DNA of 64,000 bases from Lama guanicoe (lineage: Eukaryota): NCBI GenBank assembly GCA_013239625.1, contig MU053493.1, positions 2,551,793-2,615,792 of the forward strand. Direction: 5' to 3'. The notes under the pieces were generated by a model. The model worked only from the letters and a program-made list of their open reading frames with translations. It made no database searches and was not told the origin of the DNA. Positions 11,781 to 23,940 of the stretch are shown here, in pieces. The translations under genes were made by a program, and so were the position numbers. Numbering within the stretch: the stretch's first letter is position 1; each line of letters begins with the position of its first letter.

Positions 11781-12804
11781 AATAAAGATTAGAGTTCAAA
11801 GACATGTGATAGAGACAAGAAAAACAACAGAGAAAAATTAACAAAACCAAAAGCTGGTTCTTAGAAGACAGCAATAAAACTGACAAACTTTGGGCTAAAT
11901 AAACACCAAGGGAGAAAAAGGAGAAGACTCAAATTACTAAAATTTGGGATGAAAGAGAGGATATGACTACCAATCTTACAGAAATAGAAAGGAATATAAG
12001 GAGACGCTATGAGTAATTGCATGCCAAGGAATTAAATAACATAGGTGAAATGGAAAAATTCCTAGAAAGACCAAACTACTGAGACTGACTCAAGAAGAAA
12101 CAGAAAATCTGAATAGAACTGTAACAAATAAAGAGACTGAATTACCAACAAAAGCCCAGGTCCAGGGGAAAGTGTTGGTGTCTATCTTGTTCACTGTTCT
12201 ACCTCTAGTCTCCAGAACAGCACCTGGTATACAGTAGGCACTCAACAAATATTTGTGGAACTTAAGTGAGGGCATGAATGCAAGACAAAAGACTCCATGT
12301 CTTTTCATAAAGTGTATCATTTTCCTAAAGGATGACACAAACTACCCACATAGTTTTGCACACAGTGTAGATAAATATTACATCTGGGAAACTGACATCA
12401 CTTTACAAAGTCAGAGAAATGAAACTCTGCTGTTCTCAGAGGCTGGCCAATGCTTCCAAGGAAATGGGGGGCGGGGCTGAGGAGGGAGCTGCTGCAATGA
12501 CTCTATACAAGACCCAAGGGACACCTCCCAGCAGGCAAAGCACTGGGAATTACAGCACCAGGACCTGTTGTCCACCTTACTCCCAGACAAGGTCCTTCAA
12601 GTTGTTTTGACAACCACCCCAGTAAGAAGCACATTTTAAATAATGGCCCAGGACACAGAGACACATATAGGTGCGTATGTACGTACAAACACACACACAC
12701 ACACACAATTGAAGCAAAAGATGCATGAATACAATATTTTGCCTTACCACCTGGGCGGACCCTTTCTATTCTCTCTCTCTCATTTTTTTAAATGGTCTGT
12801 TTTG

Positions 12805-13615
12805 TTTTGCTTTTTAAATTTTATTTATTTTATTGAAGTATACTTGATTCACAGTGTTGTGTTGCTTTCTGGTGTACAGCATAGTGTTTCAGTTGTACAG
12901 ATATATATTCCTTTTCACATTCTTTTTCATCATAGGCTATTACAAGATATTGAATGTAGTTCCTTGTGCTATACAATAGGACCTTGTTGTTTATCTATTT
13001 TATATATAGTATTTAGCATCTGCAAATCCTGAACTCCCAGTTTATCCCTTCTCACCCCATCCCTTTCCTCCCTAGTACCATAGTTTGTTTTCTATGTCTG
13101 TGAGTCTGTCTCTGTTTTGTAAATAAGTTCATTTATGTCATTTTTTTAGGTTCCACGTGTAAGTTATGTCATATTCTATTTTTCTTTCTCTCTCTGGCTT
13201 ACTTCACTTAATATGAGGATCTTCAGGTCCATCCATGTTGCTGCAAGTACCATTTTGTTCTTTTTTATGGCCGAGTAGTATTCCCTTGACTGTGACTTCT
13301 TTATCCAGTCCCCTGTTGATGGACATTTAGGTTGTTTCCAAGTCTTGGCTATTGTAAATAGTGCTGCTAGGAACACTGGGGTGCATTTTCAAATTAGGGT
13401 TTCCTCCAGATACATGCCCAGGAGTGAGACTGTTGGGTCATATGGTAAGTCTATTTTCAGTTTTTAAAGGAATCTCCATACTGTTTTCCATATGGTAAGT
13501 CTATTTTCAGTTTTTAAAGGAATCTCCATACTGTTTTCCATAATGGCTGCACCAAACTACATTCCCCACCAACAGTGTAGGAGGGTTCCCTTTTCCCCAC
13601 ACCCTCTTCAGCATT
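12805..13615 (-). mobile_element. L1 ORF2 3' end + 3'UTR with an internal 50-bp tandem duplication
   Basis: ORF track gives [21 protein letters not shown]; duplication at 13439-13540. Confidence 0.9.
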
Positions 13616-15224
13616 TTACAAGCCACCCAACATATTTTCCTACCCTCTAATAGATCGTAACTGTGGCTTCTTATGTAGCGCTGATCTACGAGGTGCCAGT
13701 GACCAATGCCACCACGCTCCATGTCCTCCTTCACCCCAGCGACCACCAAAAGTCCCAGCCCTCCAGCCAGCCGGTAGCATCCAGGCTTACTGCCTTATTC
13801 ATCTCAGGTTAAGGTGAGACGAAACGCCCTCTGCAAAGCCCCAGGAACCAGCGCCGCCCTTCCTCTGCTGCTGGAACATTCTCTTCCGCTCTAACCCTTC
13901 CTTGCAGCTCAGCGATCCCCTGACCGAGCGCTCCCTCCCGCAGCCTCTACAGTAGGACGCGTTTTGTCTCTTGGAACCCCTCTGCCTCAAGGAAGGTCAG
14001 AGGGTGGGGTAAGTTTCCTTCTTGCTAGTACCGCCTCTTCTAAACCATCGTTGCTCTTTCTCACACCAAAATCAAAACAAGAAAATCCTAAAAACTCACT
14101 CCTCTGAAGTTTAGGGTCTGAGGCTATACAACCTTCTGCCCCTCCCCCCAGATGATCATATCCTGACTTCCTCTCCTTTTCTCATTTCCAGCATAATTTT
14201 TAATGACTCCAACATCCGTGCAGATGGACCATCCAACGCTCTGGCCCCTCATCCCTTGGTCTCATCTCTTCCAATGATACTTCCAGGTACTGCAGGGCCT
14301 TTCCGGAAAGGAGCAGCCACTACTCAGCCCCTGTCCGTTAGCCATCAGGGGGAGATGCTAGACCAATATTTCCACATTTCCAATTCATTCCAACAGATAT
14401 TTTCATGGGTTGTCTCCCAAATTTTAAGTATTAGCAACAGCATGGGCTTTCAGTATTAAGATGGTGACATTAAAAACCTTCTTTCCCTTTTTTTCTCTTG
14501 AAAATCACCTCAAAAGAACAAGCAAAAGAAAGGGAAATAAAAAATTCTGTCTTCATTGAAACATAGAAGTATCTAAAACCCCATTTCAGAAGTTGGAAAG
14601 CAGTGGAGGAATAGTTAGTGTCTTAGCAGAAGGGAGGGGACAAACCTAAGTAGCTACCCAGGGCGGTACCATGAGAAGAAAGGTCGTTCTCACTGCAGAA
14701 CTGCAGAGATGCTGAGGGGTAAACTGGAGGCACCAGGTACCATGGAAGAGGGATGTAATTTGAGGGAGATGAGAGGCACTGAAAATGGGGGGTTTATTTG
14801 AAAGATGGGATAAGAAATGTCATCTACTCTGATACGCTCTCCCTGCCATCAGTTAGGCAACTACCTTTCCACTCTCCTGCAGAAATGGAGGTATATTCCC
14901 AGCAGAAAAACTAGAATGGCAGCAGTACAGTGTGGTGGTCAGCCAGACTGAAAAGGGGGGAAGTATGGGAAAGTCTGTGTATTTGAGTGGTGAGCCGCTA
15001 AGCTCTTTTCTCTCACCCAGCTCCAGAATGTTGGCAACCTTGGGCGAGAGATGTCTATATACTCCCAAGTGGATCATTAGCGTTACTGGCTAAATCCATA
15101 TATTTTCTCATTGTGACTATTAAAAAATTGTTTAGTCCTGACCTGTAGTATTATACAATGATTGCATTTCCTTTCTTTTACAACTTTCAGTTTTACCTGG
15201 AGTTAATAATTGCCTGGTTTTTAC

Positions 15225-15353
15225 TTTATTTTTTTAGGGGGGAGAAGTAATTAGGTTTATTTATTTATTTATTTAATGGAGGTAGTGGGCATTGAATCCG
15301 GGACATTGCACATGCTAAACAGGCACTCTACTACTGAGCTATACCCTCCCCCC
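15225..15353 (-). mobile_element. tRNA-derived SINE (Vic-1-like)
   Basis: Reverse complement of the SINE head (ctgagctataccctccccc) and tail. Confidence 0.9.
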
Positions 15354-17364
15354 TAGATTTTCAACCTGTTTAATGTTCCTAGCATCCATGGCTAAGAATT
15401 CTTATATCTGCAATGGTAACATGAAAGGCTTTGCAATACAGTTTCCCCTACACTCAGACTAGACAGAGAATCTATTTCATTTTCCTGATGAAATGAAAAA
15501 AAGCCTTACTTTATCCTGGACTCAGCCCTCTTGAACCCTCCGCCCTTCTGCTCCAGTGTATGTTGATTTTCTAGCTAATGTCCCAGCTAATGTCCTGCAT
15601 GTTCCCTTCATTCTTCCACATTGGGTCTCCTGGATGCTGGACCTCATATCTTCCTTCCTGGCTTACTTCCTTGTTTTGATGGATAATTTCTTTTAATAAC
15701 TTCCTGAGAAAGAGTACATGAGACCTGGATATTTTGAGAACTTACAGATCCGAAAAGTCATGATTTTACCACCACTTTGATTTATTATTTGACTGAGTGT
15801 AGAATCCTCAGTTGCAACTAATCTGACTCAGAATATTAAGTCATTGCTGCATTGTCTACAGTTTCCAATGTCCCTGTGTACTCTGTGTTGTGAGTACGTC
15901 ATTTGCTTGCCTGATTTTCCCAGTCTTTGGAAGCTTGCAGATTTCCTGTTTATCCTGCTGGTCTAACATTTCACAGTGACACTCCTTGGAGTGGGGTCTG
16001 GTCAGTCACCATGGCCCTATCACTAGAACAGTGTGTGGTCCTTGGTTCCGGGGCATTTTCTGATACTATTTCTTTGATGTTTTCCTCTCCACTATTTTCT
16101 CTCTTGATTCTTTCCTGAAACTAACTCCTTGTTAGCTGGATGTCAGATATCCTGTTTCAATGCTCTAATTGTCTTATCTTTTATCTCTTAGCTGCTATTG
16201 TTTTTTCCCCTTTGTTCATGCTACTTTCTGGGAAGTTTCTTCAACTTTCAGACCTTTTACTGGATTTCAAATTTTTGCTATTGCATTTGTAACAGCCAAG
16301 AACTTTTTCTTGTTTTCATTGATTGATGGAATGTGTGTGGATGTACCTGTGTGTATTTAATTTTATTTCATGTGTGCAGTATTAAATATCTTTTATGATC
16401 TCTCTGGGATATTTATTACAATTTATTCTTCCCATTTTCTGTTAATCTGGTGTTTTTGTCTCTTTTGGGCATATGGAAGCTTGGCTCAAATATGTGATCA
16501 TCTTTGTCATTCAAATTTAAGAGTGACTCCTGATGGGATCGAGTTAGTTTAAGTTGCCTTCCTTGAGGGCAGTCTTTAACATTTTAGAGCCTTCTCTTCC
16601 CACCACCAAAAGGCCATGTGGGATAGCAGGAAGTAAATAAATAATTCAACCAAGAAATGGCAGTATTTGAATATTATTTAGAAGTAGATGGATAATACTT
16701 TTAAAGACAGCTGAAAGTTGAATGGCTACCCCTGGGGAGTAGAACGGGACAGAGGACTGTTAGTTTCCTTATAAAGCTTTTCACAATATTGTACATGTGC
16801 TATGGTGACTGAAAAATTTTAATGATTTTTAAACCTGCTAATACAATTTTAATAATAAATTAGATCATGTTACTCCCCATCTAAAATCCTTCCAATGTCT
16901 TTCCATTACTTTTGGAATAAAATCCAGACTCCTGTCTGTGGCATTGGAGGCCCACCCACGCTCCTGATCTCTTCTCACTTACTATGGTTTTTGCTTGGCT
17001 GGCTCCTTCTTATCCATCAAACATCACCTCCCCAGAGATGCCATCCCAAGGGCCTATTTAAATGTCTCCTTTCCATTACATTTTACTAGGGCAGCCCATC
17101 TGTTTCTGTCTTATCACAAACGTATCACAGTCTGTAATTCCCTCTTTTTTTATTTTTAATTATATTTACTTGATTATTTTTTGTCTCTCCCACTAAAATG
17201 TCAGTTCAGTGAACTCAAGTTGGTTTGACTAATAAAAGACTCTTCCCCGTAAAGGCATGCTAAAACCTCAAAGGGCTCCATCCACATTGTGAGGGTGCAC
17301 CAGATTTAAACCTACCCCGTATCCATACTCAGAAGAAATATTATCCTGGTGCTGTTACACCAGG

Positions 17365-17483
17365 AACCAAAAAAGAAAGGAAAGAAAGGAAAGAAAGGAA
17401 GGAAGGAAGGAAGGAAGGAAGAAAGAAAGAAAGAAAGGGAGAGAAAGAAAGAAAGAAAGGGAGAGAAAGAAAGAAAGAAAGAA

Positions 17484-17527
<44 letters not shown>

Positions 17528-17586
17528 GAAAGAAAGAAAGAAAGAAAAGAAAGAAAAGAAAGAAAGAAAGAAAGAAAGAAAGAAAC
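17365..17586. repeat. Compound (GAAA)n/(GGAA)n polypurine microsatellite, ~220 bp
   Basis: Directly visible; it produces the spurious K/E/R-rich and F/L/S-rich ORFs. Confidence 0.97.
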
Positions 17587-20077
17587 CCATAGAGATCAAT
17601 CCCTCACATGTAATCTGAAATACTTGAAGGTGTGAATTTGGCTTAAAGTCACCTGAGAATGGTATTCGCTAGGTTCTTGACAGGAGCAAATAAAAATTCT
17701 TTTAGAAGCCTACACCTCCATACTGCAACTGTAAAAATCCCCACAAATTATTTTTCCAGCAAAATTAGTGATTCATACAAAAATGTATTTACATACAAGG
17801 AAACCAATTACCATAAATGAGAACCACGGTAACAGCAGATAGTCAATACATGCACAATGCCTTCAGAAATTAACATAGACAATTTATAAAATATCTATGT
17901 TACAGGAAATAAAAGAAAATATTAGAAAGGTGATGGAAACAATAAAAACAACATAATTTATGTAATTCCAAAGTATTTCCCCACATATTACTTGTACATT
18001 CCAAAGGGCAAAAAACAGATCTTCCTGGTGGCAAAATTTATCAGTCAGCTTAACTAAAGGGTCAAAGTTAACCTCACCAATAATGAGACAAACTGATCGC
18101 ATGTGCCTTCTTATGTGATGGAATGAATTCCTGCTCAAAATGTAGGCATCCTCACACCCACTAGGTTGGCTACTCTCAAAAAAGCAGTAAAGAACAAGTG
18201 TTGGTGCGGATGTGGAGAAAGTGGAACCCTGGTGTGCTCTTGATGGGAATGTAAAATGGTGCAGCTGCTGTGGAAAACAGCATAGCAGTTTCTCAAAAAA
18301 TGAAAAATAGGATGACCGTACAATTCAGTGACTTGACTCTTGGGTGCAGACCCCAAAGAGCTGAAAGCAGGCTCTCAAAGAAACACTTGTTCACCTATGT
18401 TCATAGTAGCGTTATACACAATAGTTAAAACTAAATCCATAGTCAGGATGTTCCTCTGAAAAGAGTTCCAGGCCCATGTCCATCAATGGATTATTTTTTT
18501 AAAAGTTAGAAAAATAATAAAATAAAATAAGTAAAAAATATTTTAAACAGAACGATAACAAAATATTGCATATCAAAATTTATGAATGCAGTCCAGAAAG
18601 GGAAACTCACAACTTCAAAGTCTGTATGCTGACAGCCAGAAACTGAACTAACTCAGTATCTGTCTGAAGAAGTTACAGGTGTACAAGCAAGAAGAACACT
18701 GAAGAGAAAAGGAAAAACTTCTAAAATAGAAAACAATTACATGATAGAGATGTTCAACAAAACCAAAAGTTGCCTGTCTATTTCAACAAATTAAAATATC
18801 TCTGTCAAGAGTGATTAAGAAACTAAGAAGGCACAAATAACCAGTATCTAGAAACACAAAGGAGACATACTTCCACTCATATGTGGAATCTAAAAAAAAA
18901 AAAAAGGAAAAAAGAGGACACTAACAAACTCATCTACAAAGCAGAAACAGATACGAAGACACAGTAAACAATCTTATGGTTACCGGGGGAAAGGGGGTGG
19001 GAAGGGATGAATTTGGCAGTTTGAGATTTGCAAATATATAAAAATAGATAAAAAACAGATTTCTTTTCTGTGTAGCACAGGGAACTATATTCAATGTCTT
19101 GTAATAACCTTTAATGAAAAAGAATATGAAAATGAATATTCATATGTGTGTATATATATGACTGGGATATTGTGCTGTGCACCAGAAATTGACCAGACTG
19201 TACTTCAATAAAAAAAAAAAGACAATACAAGGTTAACATGATCCTCAATAAAGTTAAGGAAAAAAAAACCCAACAGATTAAATAAAAGAAAAAGATTAAC
19301 ATGAAATCTTTATATAAACAGACTGGAAAAATTTAGACAAAATGGCCACATTTAAAATATATATATAACTTTAAAAATTTATCCAGGAAGAAATAGTAAA
19401 TCTCTATGAAGAAATAGGAAATCTTTTAATTCAGGTACCCATAAATCACATTCTGCCCAGGACAGTCCCAGTTTATACCTATTAGAGATTAATATCCATT
19501 AACTATTTTAATAACCCTTTTAATTCTCAAAAGTGTTCCATTTGGAGGATAAGCCATATGTTCATCCTTCCCACTTATAATCATTAGAGAAACTAAATCC
19601 ACAGTCAAGATGTTCCTCTGAAAAGAGTTCCAGGCCCAAATTCGCCAGCAAGTTCTACCAAATATCCATGAAAGAAAGAATTTTAAACTTAAACTCTTTT
19701 CAGAAAATAGAAAAAGGAAACACTTACCAACTCTTTAGACTAGTATAACCCTGATACTAAAATCTGGCAGACAGTGCATGAAAAGAAAATTACAGGCAAT
19801 CTCACCCATGAACACAGAGGTAAAAATCCTAATTCAAATATCTGCAGACTGAATCTAGCAGTATGTAAAAGGACACTACATCGTGGCCAAGTTGGTTATA
19901 TCCCAGGAACTTAAGGTTGTTTTACAGCAGAAAATGAATTAATATAATCCACCATTTTACAGCATTAAAGAAGAAAAATCATAACATCTCAGTAAGTGTT
20001 GAAAAAGCATTTGATAATGTCAATATACATTCATAATTTTTAAAAAGTCTTATCAAAGGGAGAATAAAAGGGAACTT

Positions 20078-20263
20078 CTTTTTTATAGTGAAAAATGTTA
20101 TATTTAGGATTAGCCAGCTGGACACACTTTAGATGATCCCGATTTTGTTGGCAACATCCAAATCATCGTAGTCAAGAGCCAGTCATACACACACCTTCTT
20201 TCCATCAGGCCTGATCAGGGTGTTGACCTGAGCCACGTCCATGTCACAGAGCTTCTTCACAGC
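20078..20263 (-). pseudogene. RPL23A: 5'-truncated processed pseudogene of ribosomal protein L23a (C-terminus + 3'UTR)
   Basis: Minus strand reads [43 protein letters not shown], against RPL23A [45 protein letters not shown]. Followed by a short UTR and T-run; TSD taaaagggaactt (20065) / taaaagagaactt (20264). Confidence 0.93.
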
Positions 20264-20548
20264 TAAAAGAGAACTTTTTTTAAATACAAGTTATCTTCAA
20301 AACTCATGCAGCAAACATTCTTAACAGTGATATTTTGAGATCGGGACGAGATAAGAATCAATATCATCACCTCTATTTGACATTGTAGTGGTGGCTCTAG
20401 CCAATAAAGTAAGAAAGTAAAAAGAAAAAAGCTGTGTAAGAACTATAAAGGAAAGGACAAAACTGTTATTATTAGAAAAGAATATGCTTATATAATAGAT
20501 AGTTCAAAATAAAACTAGAGATATATTTTATTAGAATTAATAAGAGAT

Positions 20549-20657
20549 GGGGGAGGATATAGCTCAGTGGTAGAGTCCATACTTAGCATGCATGAGGTCC
20601 TTGGTTCAATCCTTAATACCTCCATTAAAATTTTTTTAATTAAAAATTAAAAAAAAA
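20549..20657 (+). mobile_element. tRNA-derived SINE (Vic-1-like) with TSD agaattaataagagat
   Basis: SINE consensus with direct repeats on both sides. Confidence 0.92.
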
Positions 20658-21697
20658 GAATTAATAAGAGATGAACAAGTTTGCTGGATACAAAGAAATC
20701 AATTTCACTTCTGTACACCAGCATCAAAAAACTGCAAAATGAAAAAAAAAGCTATTTATAATAGTACCAAAATATATGAGGTACCTAGGAAGAGACTCTA
20801 ACAAAAGATACTATGGAGAAAAATACAATTATTTATAAAACTTTATATCAACAAAGATAGAAACAGAGAAACATAACAAACTTATGGATTGGAAGACTGA
20901 ATAGTATAAATAGATCAGTTTTCCCAAAATTAATATATAGATTCAATGTAATCACAACAAACAAAAGTTGCTGTTGAACTTGGCAAACATTGTACAGTTT
21001 ATATGGAACAGGAGAGGGTCCAGAAAGCTGGAATAAACAAGGTGGGAATATTTGCTCCGTAAGATGTCAAGACTTAAAACAATATAACTTAAAACCATTT
21101 AACAATTACGAAGCAGGGGTATTGGCTCAGGGATGGAAGACAGATCGATGGACCAGAGGGAGCACACAGAAATAAACCCACACGCATATGGACACTTGAT
21201 ACACGACAGAGTTGGCATTGCAAATAAGAGGCAAAAGGATGGATTTTTCATTAACTGTTGCTAGAATAACTGGGATTTCATAGGAAGAAGCCTGAATATG
21301 ATCCTGTATCTTGCATTACACACAAAAATCAGTTATAAGCCAATATATGTGAAAAAGCCAAACTGTAATACTTTCAGCAGATAATACACGAGGATATCTT
21401 CAAGACCTGAGAGCAAGAAGGATTTTTGAAATATTACATAAAAAGCATTTAGCCGTAAAGGAAAGGATTAATAAATAAGACAACATTAAAATTAAGAGCT
21501 TCTCAACATCAGAAGACATCTTCTACATCATCAAAAGACCCAAGACTAGAAAAAGATACTTGCAATGAATATAACTGATGAAAGACTCCATCAAGAATAT
21601 ATAAATTTTTAAATGCCTACTGACGAGAAAAAGGCAGATAACTCAACAGAAAAACGCATCAGGATTTGAATGGGTGGCTGCTCGAAAAAAGGAATTC

Positions 21698-22089
21698 TGC
21701 TTTTTTCTTTCTTTCTATTTTCTTTAGATTCCACATATGAGTGATATGGTATTTCTCTTTCTGGCTTACTTCACTTAGAGGACACTAATGAACTCATCTA
21801 CAAAACAGAAACAGACTCACAGACATAGTAAACTTATGGTCACTGGGGGAAAGGGAGTGGAAAGGGATGAATTTGGGAGTTTGAGATTTGCAAATATTAA
21901 CCACTACATATAAAAATAGATAAAAACAGATTTCTTTTGTATAGCACAGGTAACTGTATTCAGTATCTTGTAATACCCTTTGAAGGAAAAGAATATGAAT
22001 ACAAATATATGTACATATATGCATGACTGGGACATTATGCTGTACAGCAGAAACTGACACATTGTAACTGACTATACGTCAATAAAAAT
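21698..22089 (+). mobile_element. 5'-inverted (twin-primed) L1 insertion, TSD aaaaaaggaattc
   Basis: Inverted piece 21698-~21779, forward tail ~21780-22089; TSD at 21685-21697 and 22090-22102. Confidence 0.85.
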
Positions 22090-22979
22090 AAAAAAGGAAT
22101 TCCAAGTGTGTAATAAACATATCAAAGGTGGTTAGCCTAATTTGTAGTCATAGAAATGCACCTTAAAACCACAATGAGACCCCCTACAATCCTATCTGAC
22201 TGGCCAAAATTACAGAATCAAAAATAAGTTCGGGAGAGGCTGTGGAAACTACTTCATACACAGTAACAGAAAAAAAAATTATCTCTGTATTATCAAAACA
22301 GCAATATACTGTAGTAGAAGAATGCCAGGGTGCTGGACAGTGCCGTGGCCACACCTCCCCACTTCCTGTATTGATGGATTTGGTGAGCAGGAGGGCAGTC
22401 GATCCCGGCTCCTGTCAGTCCGAGGGCTAAGTTGTTCAGCTGCCACTTAGCTGTTGTACTGCTTTAATAGTTTCCTTCCACTGACACGAGATGAGGAATT
22501 TCTTCCAAGGGAATGCTCGAGAGTTGGCAATGCTCCTAGTGGCATCCTTCAGTTTTGGCATCTAGTGGCTCTGATATTCAGCTGAATCATGTAGAAAACT
22601 GAAAGAATTATTGGTCATTCTCTCAAGGAAATACACCATTTTCTTCTCTTCTTTGGTCAGTGATGGCATTTTTTTTCCCCCAAGATCACTTGGTTTAAAG
22701 CCTGCACACTTCACCTCCTCCAGGAAGTTCTCCTAAACTGATGTCTCATGGCAGCTGTTCTTTGACCCTTTCTCTTTCTATCCTGTATCACTATTGCAGG
22801 AGGATGTCTCAGCTCTTTCAGTAGACGGTGACTTCGTGGAAGACAGAATCCTTGTCTGATCACTTTTTGAGTTCCGTACAGAGACTCTGCCAGTTTCTCA
22901 CACACAATAGGTGGTTAGTAAACGTTTGTCTTGTGAGTGGGTTGATCTTCAGTTTATTAGGTAACAAACATGCAGAGTT

Positions 22980-23490
22980 TTAGGATGAATCAATTAGGAA
23001 TAGAAGTTGGTACCAGTACCGAGAACCTGTTAGAGTGGCTTAAACAAATGCAAACTTTTTTCTCTCATGTTAAAAAAAAAAAAGTCATTAGTCTGCCAGT
23101 CTGGAGTTGGTAAGATGGTTCCACAAAGTCACGAGGCACCCAGACACTTTTTGATTTCTGCTTTGCCTTCTTTAGCGTATTGTTTCTGTCTTCAGGGTCA
23201 CAAGATGGCTGCCAGGGCTCCAGCCAGCATGTCGGCATTTTAGGAAAATAGAAAGGGAAAGGCAAGGGGCAAATAGGTGCTTCTCTCATCCAGGTCAGTC
23301 CTCCTTTAAAGACAGTTTCAGGAAATGCTAACCAAAGACTTTAACTTCAATTTCAATTTTAAATTTCAAATTTCTACTTCTGCTTCTACACCCTTAACTG
23401 CAAAGGAGGCTCGGAAGTAAAGCTTTTTAGCTTGGCACACTGACCCTCTGAACAAAATATGAGTTATATTACTAAGAAAGAAAAGGGGAT
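22980..23490. mobile_element. Old MaLR LTR (MLT1-like)
   Basis: gtggcttaaacaa...cacaagatggctgcc...gcaaaggaggct pattern. Confidence 0.5.
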
Positions 23491-23496
23491 CAGACG

Positions 23497-23615
23497 GTGG
23501 AGGGTACAGTTCAAGTGGTAGAGTGCTTTCTTAGCATCCACAAGGTCCTGGGTTCAATCCCCAATACCTCCTCTTTAAAAAAATTTTTTTTTTAATTTTA
23601 AAAAAGTTTAAAAAA
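23497..23615 (+). mobile_element. tRNA-derived SINE (Vic-1-like)
   Basis: SINE head plus A tail. Confidence 0.85.
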
Positions 23616-23777
23616 AGAAGAAAGGGAGATAAGACATTGGGTAAGTAGCCTGTAATCTTTGGCATAAAGTCTCAATTGTTTATCAGTAAGTGTTACATTT
23701 TTTTCCCATAAGTTTTAATTGGTTCTTCAAGATTTTAAAATTTCTCTTCCAAGTCTATACATAAGTTATTGAAATTT

Positions 23778-23940
23778 GGTGGGGAGGATAGAGCTCAGTG
23801 GTAGAACATGTGCTTAGCACGCACAGGGTCCTGGGTTGAATCCCCAGTATCTCCATTAAAAAGTAAAATAAATAAATCTAATTACCTCCCCCCACAACAA
23901 AATTTAAATAAAATAAAAAATAAATAAAAATTTAAAAAAT
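23778..23940 (+). mobile_element. tRNA-derived SINE (Vic-1-like)
   Basis: SINE head, ctaattacctcccccc and A tail. Confidence 0.9.

Larger units (their letters stand above)
7330..12160 (+). mobile_element. Old degenerate L1 (5' region, ORF1, ORF2 endonuclease region) interrupted by three younger L1 insertions
   Basis: ORF1-like MKNTITEIKNSLEGLINIFELAE and ORF2 start motifs (aaatgtaaat...gatccaactatatgctatctacaagagacacactt), with many stops. Confidence 0.85.
18135..22270 (+). mobile_element. Mosaic of old L1 ORF2 fragments with nested younger L1 tails, a SINE and a retrocopy
   Basis: Degenerate ORF2 RT-region motifs (gaaaaagcatttgataa, atatcatcacctctatttgacattgtag); young L1 tail at ~18868-19220. 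Confidence 0.75.

Noticed and set aside
17312..17618. K/E/R-rich and F/L/S-rich ORFs
   Set aside because: Translations of the (GAAA)n microsatellite.
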